A DNA stretch of 64,000 nt, from assembly GCA_951406725.2 (NCBI GenBank), contig OX597818.1, forward strand, positions 79,980,001 through 80,044,000, given 5' to 3'. Of the stretch, positions 1 through 13,200 are shown piece by piece. This stretch comes from Octopus vulgaris. Lineage: Eukaryota. The position numbers and the translations under genes are program-made. How positions within the stretch are numbered: position 1 is the stretch's first letter; every line of letters begins with the position of its first letter. The notes beneath the pieces were generated by a model. The model ran no database searches. It worked only from the letters and a program-made list of their open reading frames with translations, and was not told the origin of the DNA.

Positions 1-22
1 TATACATACATATACATATATC

Positions 23-56
<34 letters not shown>

Positions 57-1716
57 TGTGTGTGTGTGTGTCTGTGTGTGTCTCTGTGTGTGTGTGTGTG
101 TGTGTGTGTGCAGAAACTGAATTGTCATTACAACTATCAAAGACCAAAGTTACATGTGCTTGTATGTTGATCATAGCGTACTTTGAACACTTCGCTCTCT
201 TTCTTTCTTTGTCTTCTCTCCCTCTCTTTCTCATTCTCTCTATATATATGTCTGTGTGTGTGTGTGTGTATGTGTGTGCGCGCGTGTATATATGTAAGTA
301 TGTATGTATTTGATACATTTTATGGCTTAAATCTGCTTTGGGTGGAGTACCATTGAGGCTTCATTAAATAAGTTTTCATAGAAAAATCAAAGAATTATAG
401 ATGTTTCTGCAATGTTATTTATAACAATTTTAGAATTATCAAATAGTTTTCTTTATATATATAGATAAGTGTTCTTTTTTGTTTGTGGTAAGATAAAATA
501 ATAGATTGCTCAATGTTAGGGTGATGCCTAAGAAATTTGTGGTTGTAATGCTGTAATGCTGTGATTTTAAATTAATGATATTTAAAGAACGACTGTAAAC
601 CCTTTTTGATTTGGTTCATCTTTTATAAGTTGAAATTGCTTAGAAGTAGCTTACTCTTGACTCGATAAGGATTTTCTATCATTTGGAACACATTTTTTAG
701 CTTTCACAGTCGATACAAACCTACCAAATCATTATCCTTGGCTGAATCATCTAAACCCATATTAACCTCACATGAGATATGAGAATTTTTCATTCATATG
801 AAATTATCGTTTTGTATCGTCGTTTATCGAGCAAGCATCAATTATTCTATTTTTTTCTCTTTTATATTAGTTATATTATAGATTAGTTATAGCTGCTATG
901 AATAAAGGTTTAGTTATAAATCTATAGTACTCGTGAACACCAAACTGTAAGATCATTCCCAACTCCTTTCATGAGTTAGGTGATTCAAGTTATTCTTTTA
1001 CTTTATTAGTATTGTTTCAAAGTGTTACTGTCTATATTTTCTGTTAAGGTGTAAAATTATTTTTCTAATACTTTTTTTTTGCTGATTTGTTGGTTTCCGC
1101 CGTCTTTATTTATTTTATTTTATTTTTTTTGCAAATTTTAATTATGTTCTTTAAAAGAAAAGTACAGTAATTTAGATATCAGAAGTTCAGTTCGATATGT
1201 TATACAAAAGAAGATTTCTCAACACTTGGTTGTTTATCTTGTAGTTTGAATGATAATCTATTTTTTGCTATATGTGTCAGTGACTGAATTTGAAACGTGC
1301 GTTTGATACGACTCTGTAAATTATATATAGGTTTATATTTGGCCTGACTAGAAGTATAATTGATTAGAACTGTTCTTGATCCAATGTCTTCTGAAGAAAT
1401 TTTTTGGCCTTTCTAAATTTTATATTTTCAATTAAGAAGAGTTCGTTAATTGTTTTAGATGACTATGAAGTTGCTAGAAAACATTGACATCATCTCAGTC
1501 CTCCCAGCCTTCATCATGTAGCACAGGATGTGAAGGGGAGAGGAGAAGGTTGCACCATTAAACTCATTTCTGCTGAGTATACGGGAACAACTTGAAAAGT
1601 TGTAACTCACTCAAATACACAACATATATTCTTGAAATAGATGAAGTTATAAATAACAGCGTGTAAATATTGAGTGTATACATACTCGAGGTCACACATA
1701 CGCACACACAGATGTG

Positions 1717-1767
<51 letters not shown>

Positions 1768-1819
1768 CGAGATGAAAATCCAAGGGTGTGAAAGATTTCA
1801 GAACATTTATAAATATAAA

Positions 1820-1867
1820 GTCTTACAGTTGTTTCCGGGATAATTTATATATCCTTTCATCGGAGAT
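1820..1867 (-). ncRNA. Degenerate hammerhead-like motif (U4C core)
   Basis: Minus strand reads ATCT-CCGATGA-AA-GGATA-tataaat-TATCC-CG-GAAA-CAACTG-T-A-AGAC. Stem III is one change from the palindrome ACAGCTGT. Confidence 0.45.
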
Positions 1868-2310
1868 GGTGTGAGAAAATGGTTAAGCAATAGTTATTCT
1901 AGATAAGATGTGAAATAGAGAGTGAAGCGGAGGAATGAAAATAGACGTGAGATATGCAGGGATATTATATCTTCACTTCCATTACTTAGGCAGAATGGTA
2001 TGCATATAAGATTCCTGTACCTTGGGATTAAGTTCCAGTAGTATTTATAAATGGTCATTCCAAACATAGAGTTTGTAAACAGTCACTTAAAAAAAACTTG
2101 ATTCAATAACATTCTGCCCAAATAATGGAACTGAAGTAATGGAACTAAAGTAACAACATAATTGATCTTATTGTTTACATCCCGTTTAACGAGATAGATT
2201 TTTTACAACGCTAGATTGATAGTTTAAAGTTTAAAATTTCATATAACTGGTTTTCATCACTAAGATAAGTTATGTTTTTACTTTGCATTAACATTGTTAA
2301 ATTTTATTTT

Positions 2311-2406
2311 TTGACCTGAAGAGTGGCTATATATTTTTAAATTGAATTAATATTAACTTTTAATATTATCGATTTATATATTTAGTCATGAAACGCGCAT
2401 AGTCAA
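2311..2406 (+). ncRNA. Type I hammerhead ribozyme motif, one mismatch in stem III
   Basis: Stem I TTGAC/GTCAA; CTGAAGA; stem II GTGGCTA/TAGTCAT with a long AT-rich loop; GAAA; stem III ACGCGCAT (one transition from the palindrome ACGCGCGT). Confidence 0.62.
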
Positions 2407-2533
2407 TATAAAGTTTGATTTGTTTTGTGATTTTTAGAATAATAATTATAATATATTTAATTAATTTCTATATGGTTATTATAGTTAATATCGTTTCAGT
2501 ATTGATTGAATAACTAAAGAGCGGTTTGCCTCT

Positions 2534-2585
<52 letters not shown>

Positions 2586-2653
2586 TTTCTGATTTAGTGT
2601 GCTAAACTGAATTTTTCCCTGTTGGCTTGGAATTATTACATTCCTTAACTATT

Positions 2654-2710
<57 letters not shown>

Positions 2711-2716
<6 letters not shown>

Positions 2717-2828
2717 GAAGTAAATATATGGCACAACGAAGTACCGATATTTACTGGAAATAGCGAACGTAATAATTTTCCCTCGCGGGCTATTCTTTAC
2801 TGGAAAGCAATACTTTCGTATTGCATTA

Positions 2829-2883
<55 letters not shown>

Positions 2884-3004
2884 ATATGTATATATATATG
2901 TATATACATATATATATACATATATATATGTGTGTGTTTGTATACGTATATATGCATATAAGCACGCACACAATATTTACGCTGCACTATGGAAATCTAT
3001 TCTA

Positions 3005-3042
<38 letters not shown>

Positions 3043-3152
3043 GAAGTAAATATATGGCACAACGAAGTACCGATATTTACTGGAAATAGCGAACGTAATA
3101 ATTTTCCCTCGCGGGCTATTCTTTACTGGAAAGCAATACTTTCGTATTGCAT

Positions 3153-3200
<48 letters not shown>

Positions 3201-3328
3201 GTATGTATATATGTATATATATATGTATATACATATATATATACATATATATATGTGTGTGTTTGTATACGTATATATGCATATAAGCACGCACATAATA
3301 TTTACGCTGCACTATGGAAATCTATTCT
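2711..3328 (+). repeat. Near-identical tandem duplication, ~326-bp period
   Basis: TACATAGAAGTAAATATATGGCACAACG...GGAAATCTATTCT occurs at 2711-3003 and 3037-3328, joined by (TA)n. Confidence 0.92.
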
Positions 3329-3399
3329 TACCTAAAAGACATTGCAGTTATATTTATATAAGAAATTAAATACAGCAATGTATGTGTAGTCGCCCTTCT

Positions 3400-4500
3400 A
3401 ATGGTCGCCATTGATGTCATCGTTATCGTCATCACTATCATCACCACTATCATCCACATTATCATTTTCGGCAGCAATAGCCCGTACATCACCACACCAC
3501 CACCACCATCTCCTTCATCATCGTCGTCGTCACCGTTGCCATCATCGTCATTGTCATCGTCGTCGTCGTCGTCGTCGTCATCATCATCATCATCATCGTC
3601 ATCATCAGTCTTCTCTTCTTCCACAAGTTTGTCATCATCTGCAGCAGCATCGCTTCCTTTCCTCTGCTTCTCCTCCACCTGCAACTCCTTCTTCTTCATC
3701 GTCGTCGTCATCATCATCATCAATCTTCGTACTTTCCTCTTCTTCCTCATGCTTGTCATCATCTTCATCATCACCAATCTTATTACTTTCCTCTTCTGCC
3801 TCATGCTTGTCATCATCAGCAGCAGCAGCACCATCAGCAGCAGCAGTAGCAGCCGCAGCAATGGCAGTAGCATCGTCTTCTTCATTTTGCCCTTTCCTCT
3901 GCTTCTCCTCCTCCTCTTCCCCCCTTCCTTTACCGTCGTCGTCGTCATGATAAACAACAATGACAGCAGCAACGACGACTACAGCAACAACAACATTAAT
4001 AGCAGCAACAGCAACAATTATAACCACGTTAATATCAACCTTCTCCAATTTCTCGGTTTTTTTAAAGAAGACGTTCAACATGAAGGAGTATGTTTCCTTC
4101 GTTCTCTTTGACCACCATCTACTCCGCCGCCACCATCACTTCCACCACCACCATCACCTCTGCCACCACCATCACCTCCACCATCACTATCACTTCCGCC
4201 ACCACCACCACCATGACTATCATCAATATTATTATTACCGCCATCTTTACCATCATACTACTTCCACCATCATCACCATCACCACCACCATTATCAACAC
4301 CGTCATTACCATCGCGACCACTATCACCGTGATCACTATCATCACCACGATCACCACTAATGTCACCTTCATCGTCATTACCACCGCGATTACCACCACC
4401 ACTAACACCATCACCATTACTACCAACATCGGTACCAACTCCCTAAACACACCACCATCATCACCACCAACACCACCACCACCACCACTATTTCGACTGT
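3400..4500. repeat. Mixed-triplet low-complexity island (CAT/CAC/CGT/CAG)
   Basis: Degenerate triplet runs. Similar islands lie at 12583-13015 and 36013-36345. Confidence 0.85.
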
Positions 4501-6065
4501 CAGCATCCTCTCCCCCACCAAAAACAATAAGACGTTCATTATTACCCTAACCCGTACTAAACACATCAACGCCATAAAAGTTCACTAGACTCCACCAGAA
4601 AAGGTAATTTTCTCAGCAGAAGTTATTTTGAGGTCGTTCACCGCTATGAGGAGTTTTAAAAATAAAAAAAAAGAAAACGTGCGTTCTTAATTCTCTTTTT
4701 GATGAAAATATCAAAAGAAAGTCTGTGTTGTTACAAATGGAGAAAAGCATACAATATAATTACTACATGTTGTTGTTGTTGCTGCTGTATTGAGATACAA
4801 TGCGTTCTTTACGCATCATAGTGATTCGCGACTACAGTGTGTTAGATATGGCTTCTTTCAGTTTCCGTCTACCAAATCCTCTCACAAGACTTTTGGTCGA
4901 TCCAGGGCTACAGTGGAAGGCACTTACCCAAGTGTGACCGAATCCGGAACCATGTGGTTTAGAAGCGAACTTTTAACAACATGGCCACGCTTACCCCTAC
5001 GTATGGTGACAAGTAGATTTTAAACTTTGGAAGACCTATTTCCGTCGTATTTGCTTGTTACTTATTGCAACTGAGAATGTTGTAAAGGCGATAGTCATGA
5101 TGGAGGTGGTGTTGCTGTTGTAATTATAGTACGATATGTTCATATTAGATGTTATTAAGGCGGCGAGTTGGCAAAATCGTTAACACACCGAGCAGAATGC
5201 TTAGCGGCATTTCATCCATTTTTACGTTCAAATTCATCCTTTCGGGGTCTATAAGATAAGTACCAGCTGAAAACTAAGGTCGATCTAATCTACTATCCCT
5301 CCCCCAAAATTGCTGGCCTTCTGCCAATCTTGAAAGCGACGTTAGTTATTATTAAGGCTGGGTTGTTAACACACTGAGTAAAAAGCTTACCGGCATTTCA
5401 TTCATCTTTATGTTCTGAGCTCAATTCCGCCGAGGTTGACTTTACCTTTCATCCTTTTCGAGGTCGGTAAAATAAGTATCATGTCGATGTAATTAACTTG
5501 CTCCCCTCCTCCAAAACTTCAGGCCTTGTGCCTATTATAGAAAGGATATTTGTTGTTGTTGATGTTGTAAATGATGCTCTTTAGCCCTAGGACGTGGCCG
5601 TCCTCAACTTTTGTTGAGGGCTGGTCTGTCTAAGACTACAATATGTCTTATATATATTTAATATATAAAATAGAGTTTTGTGTGTATTCGCTTTTCACGT
5701 GAAAACAGCTTCACCAATTACTTTCATACTTGTGATGCATGAATAATTTAACCTCGGACATATAATAGGGTCATCATTTGATTATCCTTATTAAAAATAG
5801 AAAATATTGTTTTATATTTATGATTCACTTCTTTAAAAAGATTTTCCTATGTCAACTTCCGGCATTGACGTAAAAACGGCGAAGTCTCTCACTTCTCATT
5901 TCAATATTCGCTATTTGTAAACAACTACCATAAATTACTGAAATAAATATTTACGAAGTTCACAAATTTAAATATTTCAGTGCAAGATAGTTTTTAACGT
6001 GCTTTTATTTATACGATTTTTTCATTCCTTTTTGCAATGTGTTCTCTCTCTCTCTCTCTCTCTCA

Positions 6066-6144
<79 letters not shown>

Positions 6145-6635
6145 ACGCACGCACGCACGCGCACATGACATGTTTTATTTCGTTCTGAACTTCGTTAATT
6201 TCTGTAAAAAAAAAATTATTTTCTTTTTGCACGTCATGTTCAGCTCTATGTATTTGTAGTTTGTCACACACGCACACATGTGTTTTTGTATGTACGTTTG
6301 TATACATTTACGTATGTGTGTGCGTCTGTGTGTCTGTGTGTGCATGTGAGTGAAGGTATGTGTCGTCATGTATACGTACATCCAAAATTACATATGCATA
6401 CATCTTTTTTCTATGTATGTGTGCGTGTATGTGTGTGTGAGAGAGAGAGAGAGAGTGATATCTAAGTGACACTCTCTCTTTCTCTCTCACTCTCTCTCTC
6501 TCTCTCTCTCACCCACACGCGCATACATAAATACAAGAAAAATTTATTTATGTATGTACGTATATATGACAACACACCCCTTCACTCTGTCTCTCTCTGT
6601 CTCTCTCTGTCTCTCTCTCTCTCTCTCTGTCTCTC

Positions 6636-6670
<35 letters not shown>

Positions 6671-7472
6671 TGTCCGTTTCATCTGATGTTTGATACCGTA
6701 TGCATGTATTTCTGTGTATCAATATTTCATTTTGCTTACAACAGCCTGTTCTTTTGGTCAAACTATCGTATCTCCAGCTGCTTCAGATACCAAAATGCAA
6801 AAGCTGTCAAAGCTGTAGTACAACGGTTTAACATTTTTCAAAAATGTAGTAAGTCCCACATACGACAATATCATACCTGCATGGAGTAACGATTTCATAT
6901 ACCCAACAAAATATTATTGTTAAGCTGAAATTGTTGCTAATGTAAAAGGAAATGGAATGGTGAAATTATTTTTCGTTTTCTGAAAAAAACAACGGAGGAT
7001 TACGTTCTGAATTCAAATTCCATGGAGATCAGCATTGACTTTCATACTTCTTAGTTTCGATAAAATGTAAATGGGGTAGATTTATCATTCTTATAAATTA
7101 TCTAAGATCTAAAAGGAATCATAAAAACACATTATTCATTCTTCCTTTTTCGTTTTTTTTCTTTTTATTTACATTTTATTTTTTATATTTTGTACCAATC
7201 ATTGAAAGTAAAAGTGGTCTTGGGGCACCGCCTTAAAGAGCAGAATCTTAGTTGAGTAAATCGATCCTAATACTTGTTATTTTCTTAAAGTCTGCTACTT
7301 ATTTTATCAGTGTATTTTACCGAACCACTAAATTACTGAGATGTAAACAAACCAGCACTGGTTATCAAACGGTGTGGGGAACAGTGATCAAGACATACAC
7401 GCTAAGATACACTCATACATAGATATGTATCTACATAGGTGTGTGTGTGCGCGCGGGGGGGTGTATTCCTAG

Positions 7473-7482
7473 ATAGATAGAC

Positions 7483-7567
<85 letters not shown>
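7473..7567. repeat. (GATA)n microsatellite, representative of many simple repeats
   Basis: Pure tetranucleotide run; also 9644-9753 and ~25487-25565. (TA)n, (CA)n, (TAA)n, (TAG)n and (TATG)n tracts occur throughout. Confidence 0.95.
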
Positions 7568-7569
<2 letters not shown>

Positions 7570-7634
7570 GGAAAGTTACTGAGAAAAAGTGGTAAATGCG
7601 TCAAAAAGAAAATTTTGAAGCATTATATACATAT

Positions 7635-7719
7635 ATAGGCGCAGGAGTGGCATAGGCGCAGGAGTGGCATAGGCGCAGGAGTGGCATAGGCGCAGGAGTG
7701 GCATAGGCGCAGGAGTGGC
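7635..7719 (+). repeat. 5 x 17-bp perfect tandem repeat
   Basis: (ATAGGCGCAGGAGTGGC)x5; the unit is 3 bp of flank plus the SINE A 5' end. Confidence 0.95.
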
Positions 7720-8119
7720 TGTGTGGTAAGTAGCTTGCTAACCAACCACATGGTTCCGGGTTCAGTCCCACTGCGTGGCATCTTGGGCAAGTGTCTTCTG
7801 CTATAGCCCCGGGCCGACCAATGCCTTGTGAGTGGATTTGGTAGACGGAAACTGAAAGAAGCCTGTCGTATATATGTTTATATATATATGTATGTGTGTG
7901 TTTGTGTGTCTGTGTTTGTCCCCCTAGCATTGCTTGACAACCGATGCTGGTGTGTTTACGTCCCCGTCACTTAGCGGTTTGGCAAAAGAGACCGATAGAA
8001 TAAGTACTGGGCTTACAAAGAATAAGTCCCGGGGTCGATTTGCTCGACTAAAAAGGTGGTGCTCCAGCATGGCCGCAGTCAAATGACTGAAACAAGTAAA
8101 AGAGTAAAAGAGTAAAGAG
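7706..8119 (+). mobile_element. tRNA-headed SINE family A
   Basis: Box A/B-like head, CTTGGGCAAGTG CORE-like block, internal (TA/TG)n and AAAGAG tail. Further copies near 11331, 21987, 24638, 35043, 46025 (+) and 38760-39111, 45110-45467, 60610-61133 (-). Confidence 0.85.
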
Positions 8120-8123
8120 TATA

Positions 8124-8185
<62 letters not shown>

Positions 8186-8873
8186 TCAACTTGTGTGTCT
8201 GTGTGTGCGTCTGTGTGTGTGTCTGTGTGTTTAACTTCCCAGCACATCTCTTCCTAGACAACAAATAGTAGAACCACCAAAAATGGGTCACTTAAAGTTT
8301 AGGCGAATGAAAATTGAACTGCGCTATTTCTGTTCTGAAATTCATCTCGCAAGTGCAAAAATCGATAATGTGTTTGTTTAGGCCTTATCCCATGCATTGA
8401 ATAGTGAACTTTACTCAGTCAGCTGTTTGACGTGAACTGTGTTCACCACCCGGGCAAGCATGCGTAAATTGCATGAAAAATTTTAAAAAATCAAGATATA
8501 AAAACGAATCGCCGTAAACATTGTAGAAATTCGGCAAAGAAATGAATTTTCGGGATGTAGCCTGGAGGGTTTTTTCGTATTAATCGTTTGTGAACACATA
8601 CCAATTGTTTTCATAACATTTTTAACGCTTTGAATTAAATGTGACCATTTTGCGTTGAGTCTGCTGTTTGAATCACCTTAACAAAATTTTAGCAGGCCGG
8701 ATTTTTGATCATCACGATACATCGCTAGCGACTCCCTGAAATCCCCGTTGAGAAATCTATATATATAAGACTCAACTTGTGTGTCTGCGTGTGTATCTGT
8801 GTGTGTGTCTGTGTGTTTAACTTTTGGATCTACCAAGTTTCATTATTAAGGATGGAAAGTAGTGTGTAGCAAA

Positions 8874-9263
8874 TCTATATATATATAAAGCTGAAGCTGT
8901 CTGTGTGTGGCAGGTTTGGTAGCCTTCAACTAACACTATCTCCTTCGAGACCCTGCAGCGCAAGTTGACCAAAATTGAGAGTATGATAGAAGAGGGCTTG
9001 CTCTTCATTCTGTAGAAGATAAAATTCAAATCGGTCCATGTTAACACCAAAAATTATTTACATCAAAAAAGAGCTTTTGTTCTATGAAAATCCCTATTTT
9101 TTACGATTTTTGACTGCTGTGTCACCATTTTTCGGTGTATTTCAACTGGAAAAATGTTCACTTGAAGAGAATAACATGTTGCATAATGCAAAATTTTTAC
9201 ATTTCAAAAATTCCAATTCTAAAGGGTCGAAGCAAACCCAAGCAACACCGGGTGATACTGCTA

Positions 9264-9264
<1 letters not shown>
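8874..9264 (+). mobile_element. Non-autonomous Helitron
   Basis: A|TC 5' end, subterminal GC-rich hairpin ACCC..GGGT, CTAG|T 3' end. The 3' end (GCAACACCGGGTGATACTGCTAG) is shared with the copy at 27316. Confidence 0.72.
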
Positions 9265-9316
<52 letters not shown>

Positions 9317-9339
9317 GACACACACACCCATATATATTT

Positions 9340-9407
<68 letters not shown>

Positions 9408-9643
9408 TAAGTGGAGAATGATTTTATTTTTTATGTATATATGTATGAAAAGCAAAAATATACCGATACGTTTTCACAGAATAGATGGTTTTGTATCATA
9501 AGGAGAAGCGGCCTTTGTGTGGCTAAGGAACTTACTTTCCAGTCATGTAAACTCGGGTTCAGTCCCACAAAACGGCACCTTAGGAACGTGCGCAAAGCCA
9601 TGTGAGTGCATTTGGTAAACTCTAGCTGAAAGAAGTCTATCGT

Positions 9644-9753
<110 letters not shown>

Positions 9754-9825
9754 GTATTTTTCTACATATTTCCTGCTTGTTTATTCATTATTTCCCTCTT
9801 TTCTTTCTTTCTTTCTTTGTCGTAG

Positions 9826-9957
9826 TTAACCTGTGCAGTCAAGGATTGCACAACTGCAGCACTGATGCCATCTGCATTGACTTAAGAAGAACGGGACGGA
9901 AACCTTATAAGTGCAAATGTAAATCTGGTTTCTATGGTAACGGAATTATCTGCTACG
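9826..9957 (+). CDS. SCUBE: SCUBE-family gene, first visible exon (EGF 1)
   Basis: Pyrimidine tract + TAG acceptor, G|GTGAGT donor, 132 bp, phase 1/1. Encodes NLCSQGLHNCSTDAICIDLRRTGRKPYKCKCKSGFYGNGIICY (6-Cys EGF). Confidence 0.9.
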
Positions 9958-10730
9958 GTGAGTAAACCCCCATCGCCGCTGAAACATGTGAGACCAATTT
10001 TTTTCACAGAAATTATGTCTTTATACTCCATCTGTTTGTTTATCCTGTTTGTTAATCTCATCTTAATGGTAAGGCGGGCAAACTGGCTTGGCAGTTACCT
10101 AGTTCGTTGGCTTCACGCTGCTCAGTTGATATCCAGCCAATGTCGACTCTTATGTCTAATCAAGCCAGTCAGAAGCAGTATCAGTCAACGAGACGGGCAG
10201 CTTCTTCTTGAAAAGGGGCCTTCATAATGGGGGTATTATATGGTTTAATGGTTATGTAATAAGTATAGAATAAATGAGTTAATTAATGAGGTTGAATAGG
10301 AAAACCATTTTCAGTCTCGCCAAGTAATTCCGGAGTTAAAACACGGTGAGAAGACGAGAGAGAGAGAGAGGGGGAAGGGAAAGAAACAAAAAATCAAGCA
10401 GACAAAGAGAGAAAGAGGGAGGGGGAGACAGACAGACAGAGACAGAGAGGGGCAGACAGACAGAGACAGGGAGGGGCAGAGAGACAGAGAGATATACGGA
10501 TAAAGAAAGAAAGAAAGAAAGAAGGAAGGAAATAAAGAAAGAAAGAAAGAGGGAGATAGATGAAAAAAGAAAGCGGGAAGTGGATAAAGAAAGAATGAAA
10601 AAAGAAAGAGAACACAGAGAGGGGAAGAACAGAAAGTGAGAGCGAAGGGGGAGGAAAGGAAGGAGAGTGACAGAGAGAAAGAGGGTAAGAAAGGGGAGGG
10701 CATGTCTGCCTGATTTAACAACTAGTATTT

Positions 10731-10963
10731 CTATTTCTTTACTACCCACAAGGGGCTAAACACAGAGAGGACAAGCAAGGACAGACAAACGGATTAAGTC
10801 GATTATATCGACCCCAGTGCGTAACTGGTGCTTATTTAATCGACCCCGAAAGGATGAAAAGCAAAGTCGACCTCGGTGGAATTTGAACTCAGAACGTAAC
10901 GGCAGACGAAATACTGCTAAGCATTTCGCCCGGCGTGCTAACGACTCTGCTAGCTTGCCGCCT
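10731..10963 (-). mobile_element. tRNA-headed SINE family B with TSD
   Basis: Minus strand GGCGGC...GAGTTCAAATTCC...GAGGTCGACTTTGC...GTAAAGAAATA, flanked by TTTAA(C/T)AACTAGTATTTC. Many more copies, e.g. near 5158, 15205, 25693, 28730, 31150, 33944, 63820. Confidence 0.85.
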
Positions 10964-11178
10964 TGTTTAATAACTAGTATTTCGCCTCTAAGTGGTAACT
11001 GTCTCTTTCAAATGACACTCTATTGACTAAAGAAGGGAAAGGCATTGGACAGTGATAGTACTGGATAATAAGACAAAGATGGGCGTGGCTGGAATATTTT
11101 TCATCATAGATCAACTCATTTAATTCTAACCTAGGGCTAAACAACAAAGAAAGCCAACGAGACAGCCATTATGTAGTC

Positions 11179-11494
11179 CAGTGGTTCTCAACCGGGCGCC
11201 ATATGACCTCTGAGGGTTCGTATAAGATTTTGAGGGGTCCATGCAAGCAAAATAGTGAATTGGAGATCCAAGGTAGGATTTTAGGTAGATTTTGCTTTAG
11301 ATGTATTTATTGCACGGAAAGTGCTCAGTTTGTGGCTGTGTGGTAAGTAGCTTACTTACCAACCACATGGTTCCGGGTTCATTCCCACTGCGTGGCACCT
11401 TGGGCAAGTGTCTTCTACTATAGACTCGAGCCGACCAAAGCCTTGTGAGTGGATTTGGTAGATGGAAACTGAAAGAAGCCCGTCGTGTATATGT

Positions 11495-11576
<82 letters not shown>

Positions 11577-11997
11577 ATATGTATGTATGTGTGTGTGTAT
11601 ATGTTTGTGTGGCTGTGTTTGTCCCCCCCCCCCCAACATCGCTTGACAACCGATGGTCGTGTGTTTGCGCGCTCGTAACTTAGCGGTTCGGCAAAAGAGA
11701 CCGATAGAATAAGTACTAGGCTTCCAAAGAATAAGTCCTGGGGTTCGATTTGCTCGAATAAAGGCGGTGCTCCAGCATAGCCACAGTCAAATGACTGAAA
11801 CAAGTAAAAGAGATAAAGGAGATAACGTTTGGCATAGTTCAAACTACACAAGTGAATGTTTGGAAAACAAAATAAGAATTTTTAAGGCAGTCTCTATGAA
11901 ACTAGCTTTTAAGCATCGAATGACTATGGGATGTCCACCGGGAAAAAAGTAGTAATCAAACGGGTCCATAGGTAAAAAAAATGGTTGATAATCACTG
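11179..11997. mobile_element. hAT (Charlie-like) MITE with a nested SINE
   Basis: TIRs CAGTGGTTCTCAACC / GGTTGATAATCACTG. Perfect 8-bp TSD ATGTAGTC at 11171-11178 and 11998-12005. Confidence 0.88.
11331..11817 (+). mobile_element. SINE family A copy nested in the hAT MITE
   Basis: High identity to 7706-8119. Confidence 0.85.
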
Positions 11998-12105
11998 ATG
12001 TAGTCGATCGATCTGTTAGACATAGCAACTAGATTGCTTTGAATCACACTTAGCTATCTATGCCAACAGAATTCAGAATCCGCCGAAGCCACCCTCGTTT
12101 TGGGT

Positions 12106-12441
12106 GAAGGCGCATGGCTCAGTGTTTAGAGTGTAGGGCTCACAATCATGAGGTAGTGAGTTCGATTCTTGGACCAAGCTGTGTGTTGTGTTCTTGAGCA
12201 AGACACTTTATTTCACGTTGCTCCAGTTCACTCAGCTGTAGAAATGTGTTGCAACATTACTGGTGCCAAACTGTTTCGGCCTTTGCCTTTCCCTTGGATA
12301 ACATCGTTGGCGTAGAGAGTGGAGGCTGGTATGCATGGACAACTGCTGGTCGTCCATAAACAACCTTGGCCGGACTTGTGCTTCGGAAGGTAACATTCAA
12401 GGTGCAATCCCATGGTCATTCTTGACTGAAGGGGCTCTTTA
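12106..12441 (+). mobile_element. tRNA-headed SINE family C
   Basis: TGGCTCAGTG (box A-like), GAGTTCGATTC (box B), TTCTTGAGCAAGACAC block. Related heads at 26412, 55548, 56800, 59921 (+) and 50935-51238 (-). Confidence 0.75.
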
Positions 12442-13077
12442 CCATTCGATACTTTTGTTCTAAATATGCAAAAATAAGCCACAACTGGAATGTATTTGAT
12501 CATTGGTCAGTTGAATTTGGGATGACCTATGCATTAACAGCAACAGCATTTGCTGAACAATTTAACATCCTACCTCTATATATCATCATCGTCGCAGTCG
12601 TAGTCATCGTCGTAATCTTCGTTACTATCATTACTGTTATTCCAAGTATCAACATCGTCGTCGTTATCGTTGTCATCGCCATCATCTTTAAGATCTCCGT
12701 TACTATCACTGCTATTTCCATCATCACTATCACCATCACGATCACCACCCTCACTACCACCACAACAATCCTCATCATCATGCCCATCGTCATCATCATC
12801 ATCATCATCATCACCACCACCACCACTACCAACACTATAACAATCATCATCATCTTCTCCATCGTCATAATCATCATCACTACCACCATTATCATTATAA
12901 CTACCACCACCACATCGCCACCACCACCACCATCATCACTATCACCTTCGCCCTCGCTACCATCATTCTTATCCACATTATCATCACCACCTCCACCAAT
13001 AATAACAACAACAACCAGTTTATTGTTTTATTCGTATCCTGGAATGGATGGATTTCTGACTGCTCTTTCTCCAATAG

Positions 13078-13200
13078 ACGTCGACGAATGTGCTACAGAG
13101 AACGGAGGCTGTGTACACAAGTGCGAAAACCAACCGGGAAATTACTCTTGTAGCTGCATGGAAGGTTTTCAACTCTCAGAAGATGGTCATAATTGTGAAG
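13078..13200 (+). CDS. SCUBE: SCUBE exon (cbEGF 2)
   Basis: TAG acceptor, G|GTTTGT donor, 123 bp. [41 protein letters not shown]. Confidence 0.93.

Noticed and set aside
330-1500. Faint RT-like words (NFLGITL on minus, WLNHLNP on plus)
   Set aside because: On opposite strands and too decayed to call without an alignment.
3328-4550. Long overlapping ORFs of 148-236 aa on both strands
   Set aside because: Open frames are a by-product of triplet low-complexity sequence.
7635-7719. CRISPR-like short repeat array
   Set aside because: No spacers, eukaryotic context, and the unit is a SINE 5' junction.
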